Assembly: GCA_963668175.1 (NCBI GenBank)
Contig: OY764159.1
Coordinates: forward strand, 4,503,305-4,567,304
Length of the DNA stretch: 64,000 bases
Source of the DNA: Syntrophales bacterium
GTDB lineage: Bacteria > Desulfobacterota > Syntrophia > Syntrophales > PHBD01
Reading direction: 5' to 3'
The first letter of the stretch is position 1; each line of letters begins with the position of its first letter. The notes below the pieces were generated by a model. It saw only the letters and a program-made list of their open reading frames with translations. It searched no databases and had not been told where the DNA came from. Position numbers and translations under genes: made by a program. Below, one piece after another: positions 9,345 to 18,612 of this stretch.

Positions 9345-10334
9345 ATGGAACGGATGATTACGAAAAAAAGGGCGCTTGAAATCATTGACAACTTTAAACG
9401 GGCCAGGGTCCTTGTCGTCGGCGATATCATGGTGGATCATTTCATTTGGGGGCGGGTTTCCAGAATATCTCCGGAAGCGCCCGTACCCGTCGTCGACGTC
9501 CAGTCGGACAACCTCCTTCTCGGCGGCAGCGCCAACGTCATCAATAACATTTGTGCCATAGGCGGAAAAGCTTATGGCACGGGGGTTGTAGGCGACGATG
9601 ACATTTCAGAGCTTGTATTCAGGGAATTTCGGAAGAAGAAACTCGACACGAAGGGTCTCATCAAGCAGGCGGAGAGGCCGACCACGCTCAAAACCAGAAT
9701 TGTGGCCCACGGCCAGCAGGTGGTGCGATTCGACAGGGAAAGCCGTCAGGCCATCCATGCAGACAGCGTGGAGCGGATGCTCGAATATATTAAGAAGATA
9801 AGTCGTCATATCGACGTCATCGTGATCTCGGATTACGGCAAGGGGGTCATTGCCAAGCCGTTGCTTGAAGGCATCAGGCAGATCATCGCGGGCAAAAAGA
9901 TCGTCGTCTGCGTCGATCCCAAGCACAGCGATTTCTCCCTTTACCAGGGATTCGACATCATAACGCCCAATCATCATGAAGCGGCGCGCGCCCTGGCAAC
10001 CGAAGTCAAAAACGGCGGCGACCTCATCGCTGTCGGCGAGAAGCTTCTGAAAGCGTATCAATTCCGGGCACTCTTGATCACACGGGGCGAAGAAGGCATG
10101 AGCCTTTTCGAAAAGGACGGACGGATCCGTCACACGCATTTTTCGACACGGGCCAAAGAGGTGTTTGACGTCACCGGCGCAGGAGATACGGTTATCGGCG
10201 TTTTTGCCCTATGCATGGCTTCCCGTGCTACGTTCCGGGAAGCAGCTTTGCTGGCCAACCACGCGGCAGGCATCGTGGTAGGTAAAGTCGGGACGGCGAC
10301 GGTTTCCCAGGAGGAGCTCAAAAGGTCCCTATGA
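9345..10334 (+). CDS. rfaE1: D-glycero-beta-D-manno-heptose-7-phosphate kinase (RfaE/HldE domain I, stand-alone)
   Basis: GDIMVDHFIWG, RISPEAPVPV, ISDYGKG, ITPNHHEA, VFDVTGAGDT, VVGKVGT. Confidence 0.93.
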   Translation: MERMITKKRALEIIDNFKRARVLVVGDIMVDHFIWGRVSRISPEAPVPVVDVQSDNLLLGGSANVINNICAIGGKAYGTGVVGDDDISELVFREFRKKKLDTKGLIKQAERPTTLKTRIVAHGQQVVRFDRESRQAIHADSVERMLEYIKKISRHIDVIVISDYGKGVIAKPLLEGIRQIIAGKKIVVCVDPKHSDFSLYQGFDIITPNHHEAARALATEVKNGGDLIAVGEKLLKAYQFRALLITRGEEGMSLFEKDGRIRHTHFSTRAKEVFDVTGAGDTVIGVFALCMASRATFREAALLANHAAGIVVGKVGTATVSQEELKRSL

Positions 10335-10855
10335 GCCGGCCTAAAGAAGCAGCGGATGTCAAGGTCGTAGCAAGTATCTTCTCGGCAAGTCTCGATGTGA
10401 TCAATGACGTCATCGCCGCCTTGTCGGGTCGATACGGTGAAACGGATTTCGTCAGCGATCCGCTGCCCTTTCGATATACCGACTATTACGAGCCGGAAAT
10501 GGGATGCCTGCTCTGGAGGCGTTTTATCTCGTTTGCGGAACTGGTCAGGCCCGAAAGCCTGCCGGACATTAAACTATGGACAAATGAACTGGAATCGCGC
10601 TATGTGGTTCAGGAAAAGCGCTCTGTCAATATCGATCCCGGGTACATATCGTCGGCCCACTTGCTCCTGGCTACGGGGAAGGCGTACACGCACCGGCCCT
10701 ACCTGCGGGACGGTATTTATGTCGATGTGACATTGATATACCAGAACAAGGCTTTCCAGAGCCTTCCCTGGACCTACCCCGATTATGCCGAGCCGGGAAT
10801 GAGGGGCATGATGAAAAGGATACGAGACAAGTATCTATTGCAGCTTAAGGACTAG
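10331..10855 (+). CDS. DUF4416-family protein
   Basis: TDYYEPEMG, IKLWTNELE, VNIDPGY, LATGK, WTYPDY; typical position upstream of yicC. Confidence 0.8.
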   Translation: MSRPKEAADVKVVASIFSASLDVINDVIAALSGRYGETDFVSDPLPFRYTDYYEPEMGCLLWRRFISFAELVRPESLPDIKLWTNELESRYVVQEKRSVNIDPGYISSAHLLLATGKAYTHRPYLRDGIYVDVTLIYQNKAFQSLPWTYPDYAEPGMRGMMKRIRDKYLLQLKD

Positions 10856-10912
10856 GAAGAACCTGATCGCTGCCGCAAAAGAAGACTTTACAGCAACACG
10901 ACACCTTGAGGA

Positions 10913-11803
10913 ATGTTTATGGTTAAGAGCATGACCGGCTACGGAAGAGCGGAATCTGTTTTCAACGGAAGAAAGATCGCCGTAGAAATAAAATCATTGA
11001 ACCACCGATACCTGGAAGTGTCATTACGCCTTCCCGGCTCCCTTGCCGTCCTGGAAATGGCGATCAAGAAGAAAATCGGAGAAAGGTTTTCAAGAGGAAG
11101 GATCGAGACGACCATCCGCATCGATGCGGACGGCGACATGGACAGCGGCGGAAGATTTCAGCTGAACGAACCGCTGCTCGAGAATTACTATGCCTTGCTT
11201 CAGCAAATCAAAGAACGCTTCGGTCTGAAAGATGACGTCAATTTGGCCACAATCGCCGGATTGAGAGACGTCTTTGTGCCCACGGAGACGGCGGACAATC
11301 CCGACGACTTGCTGCCCGGCGTGGAGGCGGTTTTGAATGAAGCCATGCAATCGCTTACGGCGATGCGGGAAAGGGAGGGCGATATTTTAAGCCGCGATTT
11401 GATGTTCCGGCTCGATACCGTAAGGTCCCGGCTGGAAGACATCGACCTCCGTGTTCCTATAGTCGTCAACGATTATCGAAAACGTCTGATGGATCGGGTA
11501 AAGGAACTGACAGACGGCATTGAAATAGACGAAGCCCGACTGTGCCAGGAAGTCGCCATCATGGCGGAGAAGAGCGACATCACGGAAGAAATCGTCCGCT
11601 TTAAAAGCCATATCGATCAGATGATCGAATTACTGGCGGGCAGCGACCCGGCGGGAAGGAAAGCGGATTTCCTGATACAGGAGATGAACCGGGAAGCCAA
11701 CACGACGGGTTCCAAGAGCAGCGATACGGCCATTGCCAAAAATGTCATAGAAATCAAAAGCGAACTGGCCAAACTCAGGGAACAGGTGCAGAATATTGAG
11801 TAA
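10913..11803 (+). CDS. yicC: YicC/YloC-family endoribonuclease
   Basis: SMTGYG, KSLNHRYLE, DITEEIVRF, GRKADFLIQEMNREANT, LREQVQNIE. Confidence 0.93.
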   Translation: MFMVKSMTGYGRAESVFNGRKIAVEIKSLNHRYLEVSLRLPGSLAVLEMAIKKKIGERFSRGRIETTIRIDADGDMDSGGRFQLNEPLLENYYALLQQIKERFGLKDDVNLATIAGLRDVFVPTETADNPDDLLPGVEAVLNEAMQSLTAMREREGDILSRDLMFRLDTVRSRLEDIDLRVPIVVNDYRKRLMDRVKELTDGIEIDEARLCQEVAIMAEKSDITEEIVRFKSHIDQMIELLAGSDPAGRKADFLIQEMNREANTTGSKSSDTAIAKNVIEIKSELAKLREQVQNIE

Positions 11804-12419
11804 TCTCCCTTCCATGCGCAACGGAGGTCTTTTTATCGTCGTTTCGGCGCCGTCGGGCACCGGCAAAACATCCATCTGCCGGGAAATACTGAAAATGTTC
11901 CCGAATATCCGCTTCTCCGTATCCTATACGACGCGTAAGCCGAGACCGAATGAGATCGACGGGCAAGATTATCACTTCATCTCTGAGAAGGAATTCCTGG
12001 ATGGGATAGAGCGGGGCGAATTCGCCGAATGGACGGAAAATTACGGCCATTATTATGGAACATCTACGAAGACGATGGCCGCTTTTCTGGAACGAGGCTG
12101 CGATCTCATCCTGGACATCGAGTCGGCAGGGGCCAAGACGCTGAAGAATCATTTCGGTCCCGGCATCTTCATCTTCATCCTGCCGCCGAGTCTTGACGAA
12201 TTGAAAGTGAGGCTTCGCAAAAGGGGGTCCGAAAGCGACGACGCCCTGCAAAAGAGGTTGCGCAACGCCCTGAACGAAATCAGAGAGATAGGTTTGTACG
12301 ACTATATCATTTTTAATGACAATCTGGAGACGGCCATCGACCGCTTCAAATCCATCTATGTCGCGGAGAAGTGCCGGAGAGAGCGATTGCAGGAAAGAAT
12401 CAACGATTTTTTTAACTAA
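11796..12419 (+). CDS. gmk: Guanylate kinase
   Basis: SAPSGTGKT, SVSYTTRKPR, DYHF, YYGT, FILPPS; the start may be ATG 11814. Confidence 0.95.
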   Translation: MSNLPSMRNGGLFIVVSAPSGTGKTSICREILKMFPNIRFSVSYTTRKPRPNEIDGQDYHFISEKEFLDGIERGEFAEWTENYGHYYGTSTKTMAAFLERGCDLILDIESAGAKTLKNHFGPGIFIFILPPSLDELKVRLRKRGSESDDALQKRLRNALNEIREIGLYDYIIFNDNLETAIDRFKSIYVAEKCRRERLQERINDFFN

Positions 12420-12435
12420 CGGAGGTTTAAAATAA

Positions 12436-12708
12436 ATGGCCAGAATTACGGTGGAAGATTCCCTGAAACAGGCAAGGAACCGGTTTGCCCTCGTTCTGTT
12501 AACAGCCAAGCGCGCCAAGCAGCTGTTAAAAGGATCGAAGCCCACGACCGAAGTCAAGAACAACAGAGAGATTGTTGCGGCGCTGCGCGAAATAGCCGAC
12601 GGAAAGGTCGCTTATGCGCATCCCGAATATCTTGAACGGGTAAAAGAGGAATTCAAACCTCTCCTTGATGACACGGAATTTGTCGGCGATGAAGAATATA
12701 CAGACTAG
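12436..12708 (+). CDS. rpoZ: RNA polymerase omega subunit
   Basis: MARITVEDSL, NRFALVL...KRAKQL, ALREIA; GGAGG RBS; follows gmk. Confidence 0.95.
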   Translation: MARITVEDSLKQARNRFALVLLTAKRAKQLLKGSKPTTEVKNNREIVAALREIADGKVAYAHPEYLERVKEEFKPLLDDTEFVGDEEYTD

Positions 12709-13447
12709 CTCACCCCGCGACAGACTCATCTTTGCTCTGGATATCGGCGGCGATCCGGCCGAGGCCCTCTCCTGGGTCAGGCGCCTGAAAGATCACGTGG
12801 GACTCTTTAAAGTGGGCAAGGAGGCTTTTACGCATTTTGGTCCCGATCTTGTTTGGGATATCCAGAAGAACGGCGGCAGGGTTTTTCTCGACCTGAAATT
12901 TCACGATATCCCCAATACCGTGGCCAGAGCAGCAGAAGCGGCGGTGAAACTGGGGGTCGCCATGTTCAATGTCCATGCCATGGGCGGAGCGGCGATGCTG
13001 AAAGAAACGGCGGCAGCAGTTAATGCCTTATCCGCAAAAAACAGCCAGCCGCCGCCTCTGATTCTCGCGGTCACAGTGCTGACCAGTTTGAACAACAAAG
13101 ATCTAGACAGTCTGGGATTCCAAGAGACAACCGATCAACTGGTGGTCAGGCTGGCCCGGATGGCCCAAGCGTCCGGCATTCCCGGGGTTGTCGCTTCAGC
13201 CCAGGATGTGGCCGCCATCCGCAGGGCCTGCGGCCGGGATTTTGTCATCGTAACGCCCGGCATCCGGGGGACCCGGTTGGTGGCCGGGGATGATCAGAAA
13301 AGGACCCTTTCGCCGGCGGAAGCGATTAAAGAAGGCGCCGATTATATCGTTGTGGGCAGACCGATTCGTACGGCCGAGAACCCGGAAGATGAAGCTCGGA
13401 AGATCGTCCAGGAAATAGCGACAGGTATGTCCGAGCGGCAGATATGA
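12689..13447 (+). CDS. pyrF: Orotidine-5'-phosphate decarboxylase
   Basis: LIFALD, FKVG, FLDLKFHDIPNTV, VTVLTS, TPGIR, DQKR, VVGRPI; start placed at ATG 12689. Confidence 0.96.
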   Translation: MKNIQTSSPRDRLIFALDIGGDPAEALSWVRRLKDHVGLFKVGKEAFTHFGPDLVWDIQKNGGRVFLDLKFHDIPNTVARAAEAAVKLGVAMFNVHAMGGAAMLKETAAAVNALSAKNSQPPPLILAVTVLTSLNNKDLDSLGFQETTDQLVVRLARMAQASGIPGVVASAQDVAAIRRACGRDFVIVTPGIRGTRLVAGDDQKRTLSPAEAIKEGADYIVVGRPIRTAENPEDEARKIVQEIATGMSERQI

Positions 13448-13522
13448 ATCTTCCGTCTGCCGGCACACGGTCGGAGCAACCAGCGGCGCAAGATCGTGAC
13501 GGAGATCACAGGAATAAATATC

Positions 13523-14269
13523 ATGCAGATGATATACGGTATTAATCCTGTCATGGAGGCAATAAAGACCGTCGGGGGAGGCCTCGAAAAAATCATCGTC
13601 ATGAGATCGAAAGCGGGGAAGCCCGTGCAGACCATCCTCCAGATGGCAGCCCGTGAAGGCATCCCCGTTGAATTCAGGGACAAGTCCCATTTGGAACAAC
13701 TGGCACCGGGGGAGTCGCATCAGGGAATCATCGGCTTGTGCAAGGATTACGGATATGCCGACGTCGACGATATTATCGCCAACCGCCATGCGTCGCTCCG
13801 TCGCGACCTGGTCCTCATCCTGGACGGCATAACGGATCCCCAGAACCTTGGATCTTTGGTGAGGACAGCTCATTGCCTGGGGGCTAACGGTGTGATCATC
13901 CCGGAACACAGGGCCGCCCCGGTAACGGCTGCTGCAGTAAAGGCGTCCGCCGGAACGGCCTACTATGTGCCGATAGCCATGGTTTCAAACCTGGCCAATA
14001 CGATAGAATATCTCAAGACGAAAGGATTCTGGGCCTATGGAACCTATGCGCCGGATGGTGACGACATACGGTCCGTCAATTTCGACGAAAAGGTCGCCTT
14101 GGTGATGGGAAGCGAGGGGAAAGGAATCAGGGAACTTGTCAGGAAGAAATGTGACTTTCTGGTATCCATCCCCATGCTGGGAAAGATCGATTCATTAAAT
14201 GTGTCTGTCGCCGCGGGTATCGCCATTTATGAAATCCTGCACAGGCAGGGTACATTAAATATGCATTGA
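13523..14269 (+). CDS. rlmB: 23S rRNA (guanosine-2'-O)-methyltransferase RlmB (SpoU family)
   Basis: IYGINPVMEA, HQGI, LDGITDPQNLG, GSEGKG, IPMLG..DSLNVSVA. Confidence 0.93.
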   Translation: MQMIYGINPVMEAIKTVGGGLEKIIVMRSKAGKPVQTILQMAAREGIPVEFRDKSHLEQLAPGESHQGIIGLCKDYGYADVDDIIANRHASLRRDLVLILDGITDPQNLGSLVRTAHCLGANGVIIPEHRAAPVTAAAVKASAGTAYYVPIAMVSNLANTIEYLKTKGFWAYGTYAPDGDDIRSVNFDEKVALVMGSEGKGIRELVRKKCDFLVSIPMLGKIDSLNVSVAAGIAIYEILHRQGTLNMH

Positions 14270-14331
14270 TGTCGAAAGCAGAAACATTTATACCAAATCA
14301 ACTGTTTTCAACGGAAGAAAGGGAATGAACT

Positions 14332-15540
14332 ATGCCGGTATTTCTATGGGAAGCGACAACCCGCAAAGGCGTTGAGCGAACGGGTGAAATCGATGCCGTC
14401 GATCAGGCCGCCGTACGAACCATTCTCCGCAAGCAAGGCTTCAAATCGATCACCGTAAAAGCCAAACCCAAGGATATCTTGGAATATCTGCCTTTTCTCA
14501 AGGAAAAAGTGAAGGAGAAGAACGTCGTTGTCTTCTGCCGTATTTTTGCGACCATGATCAATGCGGGCCTTCCCTTGATTCAGTGCCTGGAATTGTTGGC
14601 CGGCCAGGAGGAAAACAAGACCTTCAAAAAAGTCATTCTCGCGGTTAAGGACGATATCGAAGGGGGCTCGACATTGTGCGACGCCTTGAAGAAATACCCG
14701 GATATCTTCGACCAGCTCTTCGTCAACCTGATCGCCGCCGGCGAAAGCGGCGGTATCCTGGACGTCATCCTGAACCGTTTGTCGACTTACCTGGAAAAGG
14801 CGGCCAAACTGAAGAGCAAGGTAAAGGGCGCCATGACGTATCCGGCAGCCGTTCTCGTCATCTCCTTATGCGTCGTCGCTCTGCTGTTGATCAAGGTTAT
14901 TCCCGTCTTCCAGAAAATGTTCGAAGGAATGGGCGGACAATTGCCTGCTCCCACGCAGTTCCTGGTTAATGCCAGTCAATTCGCACAGAGTTATTGGTGG
15001 ATCATGCTGGGTATTATCGTCGCAATCGTTTTCGCCTTCAAGACATTCAGAAAAACCGCAAGAGGTCAATACATCACGGACGATTTGGCGCTGAGATCGC
15101 CCGTCTTCGGTCCCCTCCTGAAAAAAGTGGCGGTCGCAAAATTCACGAGAACATTGTCCACCATGATGTCCAGCGGCGTTCCGATCCTGGAAGGCCTGAC
15201 CATCGTGAGCAGGACCGCCGGAAACGTCATCATCGAAAACGCCCTTCTCAAAGTCAGACAGAGCATCAGCGAAGGTAAAACCATCGCCGAGCCGCTGATG
15301 GAGACCAAGCTTTTTCCGAACATGGTCGTACAGATGATTTCCGTCGGGGAAGCAACAGGCGCTCTCGATTCCATGCTCTCGAAGATTGCCGACTTCTATG
15401 ACGACGAAGTCGATGCCGCTGTCGAAGCGATGACCGCCCTGCTGGAACCGTTCATGATGGTTTTCCTTGGCGGTGTCGTAGGTGGCATGATCGTCGCCAT
15501 GTACCTCCCCATCTTCAAAATGGCATCCGTCGTCGGTTGA
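14332..15540 (+). CDS. pilC: Type IV pilus inner-membrane platform protein PilC (T2SS F family)
   Basis: ATMINAGLPL, AGESGGILD, KGAMTYP, MMSSGVPI, VGEATGALD, AMYLPIF. Confidence 0.93.
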   Translation: MPVFLWEATTRKGVERTGEIDAVDQAAVRTILRKQGFKSITVKAKPKDILEYLPFLKEKVKEKNVVVFCRIFATMINAGLPLIQCLELLAGQEENKTFKKVILAVKDDIEGGSTLCDALKKYPDIFDQLFVNLIAAGESGGILDVILNRLSTYLEKAAKLKSKVKGAMTYPAAVLVISLCVVALLLIKVIPVFQKMFEGMGGQLPAPTQFLVNASQFAQSYWWIMLGIIVAIVFAFKTFRKTARGQYITDDLALRSPVFGPLLKKVAVAKFTRTLSTMMSSGVPILEGLTIVSRTAGNVIIENALLKVRQSISEGKTIAEPLMETKLFPNMVVQMISVGEATGALDSMLSKIADFYDDEVDAAVEAMTALLEPFMMVFLGGVVGGMIVAMYLPIFKMASVVG

Positions 15541-15600
15541 CGATCAACACGGCCTGTCAAGAATCAGCTGTTGCCGAAAAGGTAGGAAGTTGATATAAAA

Positions 15601-15677
15601 TGGTCGGGATGGCGCGATTTGAACGCGCGACTCCTGCGTCCCGAACGCAGTGCCCTACCAAGCTGGGCCACATCCCG
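15601..15677 (-). tRNA. tRNA-Pro(CGG)
   Basis: Reverse complement CGGGATGTGGCCCAGCTTGGTAGGGCACTGCGTTCGGGACGCAGGAGTCGCGCGTTCAAATCGCGCCATCCCGACCA: cloverleaf, anticodon arm CTGCG-TTCGGGA-CGCAG, encoded CCA. Confidence 0.96.
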
Positions 15678-15872
15678 ACACGGCAGGCACGATATAAAAT
15701 TTGTTTCTAAATGTCCATTCTTTTTTTATACGGGCGGGCAAGATTTTAGCCGACCGGCCGGCCCCGACAACAGGCGGCATGAACCGTCCGCGGTTTATTG
15801 CTTCCATTTGCGGGGAAGATATGATAGCAGGCAACGCAAACGGGCAACATATTCGATATATGGAGCGGAAAA

Positions 15873-16286
15873 GTGATTATTTACGAATTGCGCTGCAAAA
15901 ACAAGCATCAGTTTGAGGGCTGGTTTCAAGACCGGAACGCCTTTGAGGAACAAAAATCGAAAAATCTCATCCTTTGCCCGGTGTGCGGTGATGCCGGAGT
16001 GGAGATTGTTCTGTCGTCGCTGACCGTCATGGGTAAGGATACACCCTCCTATGAGAAGTCCCCCAAAGGGATGTCGCCTGTCCAAACCTTGAATGCGCTG
16101 CATGACTTCATCAACAGGAATTTTGAGGATGTCGGTGACAAATTTGCCGATGTTGCCCTGAAAATACATCGCGGTGAGGAAGAACAGCGGAATATTAAAG
16201 GCACAACGACAAGGAACGAAGAAGAAGCGCTCGTTGAAGAGGGCATTCACTTCATTAAAATTCCCATCACCAAATTTAACAGCTGA
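15873..16286 (+). CDS. DUF1178-family zinc-ribbon protein
   Basis: IIYELRC...HQFEGWF, CPVCG, FEDVGDKFADVALKIH, RNIKG; GTG start after GGAG. Confidence 0.88.
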   Translation: MIIYELRCKNKHQFEGWFQDRNAFEEQKSKNLILCPVCGDAGVEIVLSSLTVMGKDTPSYEKSPKGMSPVQTLNALHDFINRNFEDVGDKFADVALKIHRGEEEQRNIKGTTTRNEEEALVEEGIHFIKIPITKFNS

Positions 16287-16299
16287 AACCACTCTCACC

Positions 16300-18612
16300 A
16301 TGCAAGATTTCTTTACGGACATCACCAAAACCATTGGGAACTCGCCTCTTGTCGAAATCAAACGCCTAAATCAGAATAATAATGTAAAAATATTCGCGAA
16401 ATTGGAGAGTTTCAACCCGGGAGGATCGATTAAAGACCGTGTTGCTTTCGCCATGATTGAAGGTGCGGAACGTCGCGGCGAACTGACCCGGGACAAAATC
16501 ATCCTCGAAGCGACCAGCGGCAATACGGGGATCGGTTTGGCCTTTATCGCGGCAGCGAAGGGTTACAGGTTATGCCTGGCCATGTCGGAGGCTGCAAGCG
16601 AAGAGAGAAAGAAAATCCTGAAAGCCATGGGAGCGGAACTGCTTTTCACGCCGGCGAATCTCGGCACCGACGGCGCCATCGAGACGGTCTACAAAATGCT
16701 CCGGGAACATCCGGATAAATATTACGGCACGGACCAGTTCAATAACGAAGACAACGTCCTGGCGCATTATCACGGTACGGGCGAGGAAATCTGGCGACAG
16801 ACGGGCGGCGCCGTGACGATGGTCGTCGCCACCCTTGGAACGACAGGAACGGCAATGGGCGTCTCAATGCGCCTCAAGGAGTACAATCCGGCCATTCGCA
16901 TTATCGGCGTCGAGCCGTACCTGCAGCACAAGATCCAGGGGCTCAAGAACATGAAGGAATCTTACCGGCCGGGAATCTTCGACAAGAGCCGCCTCGATGA
17001 AAAGATCAACATCCTCGATGAAGACGCCTTCGAGATGGCCAGGCGCCTGGCCCGGGAAGAGGGACTCCTGGTGGGGATGAGTTCAGGCGCAGCCATGCAC
17101 GTCGCGATTGAGAAGGCCAAAACCATGAGCGAAGGATTGGTGGTCGTCATCCTCCCGGACAGCGGCGAAAGATATCTAAGCACGGAGCTCTTCACGGATA
17201 AACAGGAAACGACGCTCCGGGTCTTCAATACGCTGACGAAAGAAAAAATGTTTTTCAAACCGATCAGCCCTGAGACCGTATTGATGCATTCGTGCGGACC
17301 CACCGTTCATGAGGTTCCGCATATCGGAAGTTACCGCCGTTTTGTCGTGTCCGATATGATCCAGCGGTATCTTGAATACAAGGGATACCAAGTGAAGCAT
17401 GTCATGAATATCATCGATCTCGCCGACCGCGCCATCCGCGGCGCGGAGCGAGCCAACATGGAGATGGCGGCCTATTCGGAAAAATGCACTGCATCCTTCA
17501 TGAACGGCATCGATAAACTGAACATCAAGCACGAAGAACCTTATCCCAAGGCGAGCGAGAATGTCGACGCCATGGTCCGTCTCACGGAGCGGCTGATCGA
17601 CAAAGGCTATGCCTATGAAAAACTGAGGTCCGTTTATTTCGATATCTCCAAACTAGATGATTACGGCGTATTGTCGAACATCGACCTCAAGAAAGTTAAA
17701 CCGGGCAAGACCATCGACCAGGACGATTATGCCAAGGACAGTCCCGTCGATTTCACCCTCCTTAAAAGATCCACCCTGCAGGAACTGAAGAAGGGTGTTT
17801 ATTTCACGACCCCGTGGGGGAGCGTCCGGCCCAGCTGGCATCTGGAATGTGCGGCTATCTCACTGAAATACCTCAATGAATCGTTCGACATTCATGCCAG
17901 CGGTTCCGACATCATTTTCCCCCATTGTGAAAATGTCATGGCAATCGGAAAAGCTGCGACAGGGAAGCAGATGGCCAATTACTGGCTCAACACGGAGCTC
18001 CTGATGATCGAGGGGAAGAAGATGTCGCGATCCCTGAACAACACCCTGACGATCGAGGAACTGGAAGCAAAGGGATACGCCGGCCGGGAGATCAGATTTT
18101 TTCTTCTCAGCGCCCATTACCGAAAACCGCTGAATTTTTCCTTCGGAGCCCTGGCCTCGGCCAAGAACACCGTGACGAGACTCGATCGGTTCATCCAAAG
18201 GCTGATGTATTTCACCCCCGGCAGCGGTCATCCCGATACGGAACAGCTCATTTATGACCTCAAGCAGGGTTTTGCCCAGGCCATGGATGACGATTTCAAC
18301 ATGTCGGGGGCCTTGGCGTCGATTTTCGAATTCGTCAAGAAGGTGAATCTTCCGCTCTCCCAAGGCCAATTGACGGAAAAAGAGAGGGACCGCATCCTGG
18401 AGACGATGACCTCGATCGATAAGGTCCTTGGTGTTATGAACTTTGAAAAACAGATCATCGACAGCGCGACGCTGAAGCTCATCGAAGAGCGGGAAGCCTT
18501 GAGAAAGGACGGCCGCTGGGATGAGTCGGACGCCATCAGGAGAAAACTGGCAGAGATGGGGGTGGAGATTTCCGATACCCCGGAGGGCATGTTCTGGAGG
18601 TTGAAATCATGA
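16300..18612 (+). CDS. Fusion protein: PLP-dependent cysteine synthase (CysM-like) + cysteinyl-tRNA synthetase-like domain
   Basis: N-terminal IGNSPLV, NPGGSIKDR (PLP Lys), ATSGNTG, GTTGT, SSGA, PDSGERYLS; C-terminal CGPTV, HIGS, WHLEC, DIH, FPH, KMSRS, MDDDFN and CysRS anticodon helices; single uninterrupted frame; start placed at ATG 16300. Confidence 0.92.
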   Translation: MQDFFTDITKTIGNSPLVEIKRLNQNNNVKIFAKLESFNPGGSIKDRVAFAMIEGAERRGELTRDKIILEATSGNTGIGLAFIAAAKGYRLCLAMSEAASEERKKILKAMGAELLFTPANLGTDGAIETVYKMLREHPDKYYGTDQFNNEDNVLAHYHGTGEEIWRQTGGAVTMVVATLGTTGTAMGVSMRLKEYNPAIRIIGVEPYLQHKIQGLKNMKESYRPGIFDKSRLDEKINILDEDAFEMARRLAREEGLLVGMSSGAAMHVAIEKAKTMSEGLVVVILPDSGERYLSTELFTDKQETTLRVFNTLTKEKMFFKPISPETVLMHSCGPTVHEVPHIGSYRRFVVSDMIQRYLEYKGYQVKHVMNIIDLADRAIRGAERANMEMAAYSEKCTASFMNGIDKLNIKHEEPYPKASENVDAMVRLTERLIDKGYAYEKLRSVYFDISKLDDYGVLSNIDLKKVKPGKTIDQDDYAKDSPVDFTLLKRSTLQELKKGVYFTTPWGSVRPSWHLECAAISLKYLNESFDIHASGSDIIFPHCENVMAIGKAATGKQMANYWLNTELLMIEGKKMSRSLNNTLTIEELEAKGYAGREIRFFLLSAHYRKPLNFSFGALASAKNTVTRLDRFIQRLMYFTPGSGHPDTEQLIYDLKQGFAQAMDDDFNMSGALASIFEFVKKVNLPLSQGQLTEKERDRILETMTSIDKVLGVMNFEKQIIDSATLKLIEEREALRKDGRWDESDAIRRKLAEMGVEISDTPEGMFWRLKS

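Noticed and set aside
16174..16299. N-terminal 42-codon extension of the CysM-CysRS ORF
   Set aside because: It overlaps the DUF1178 gene; cysteine-synthase similarity begins only after ATG 16300.
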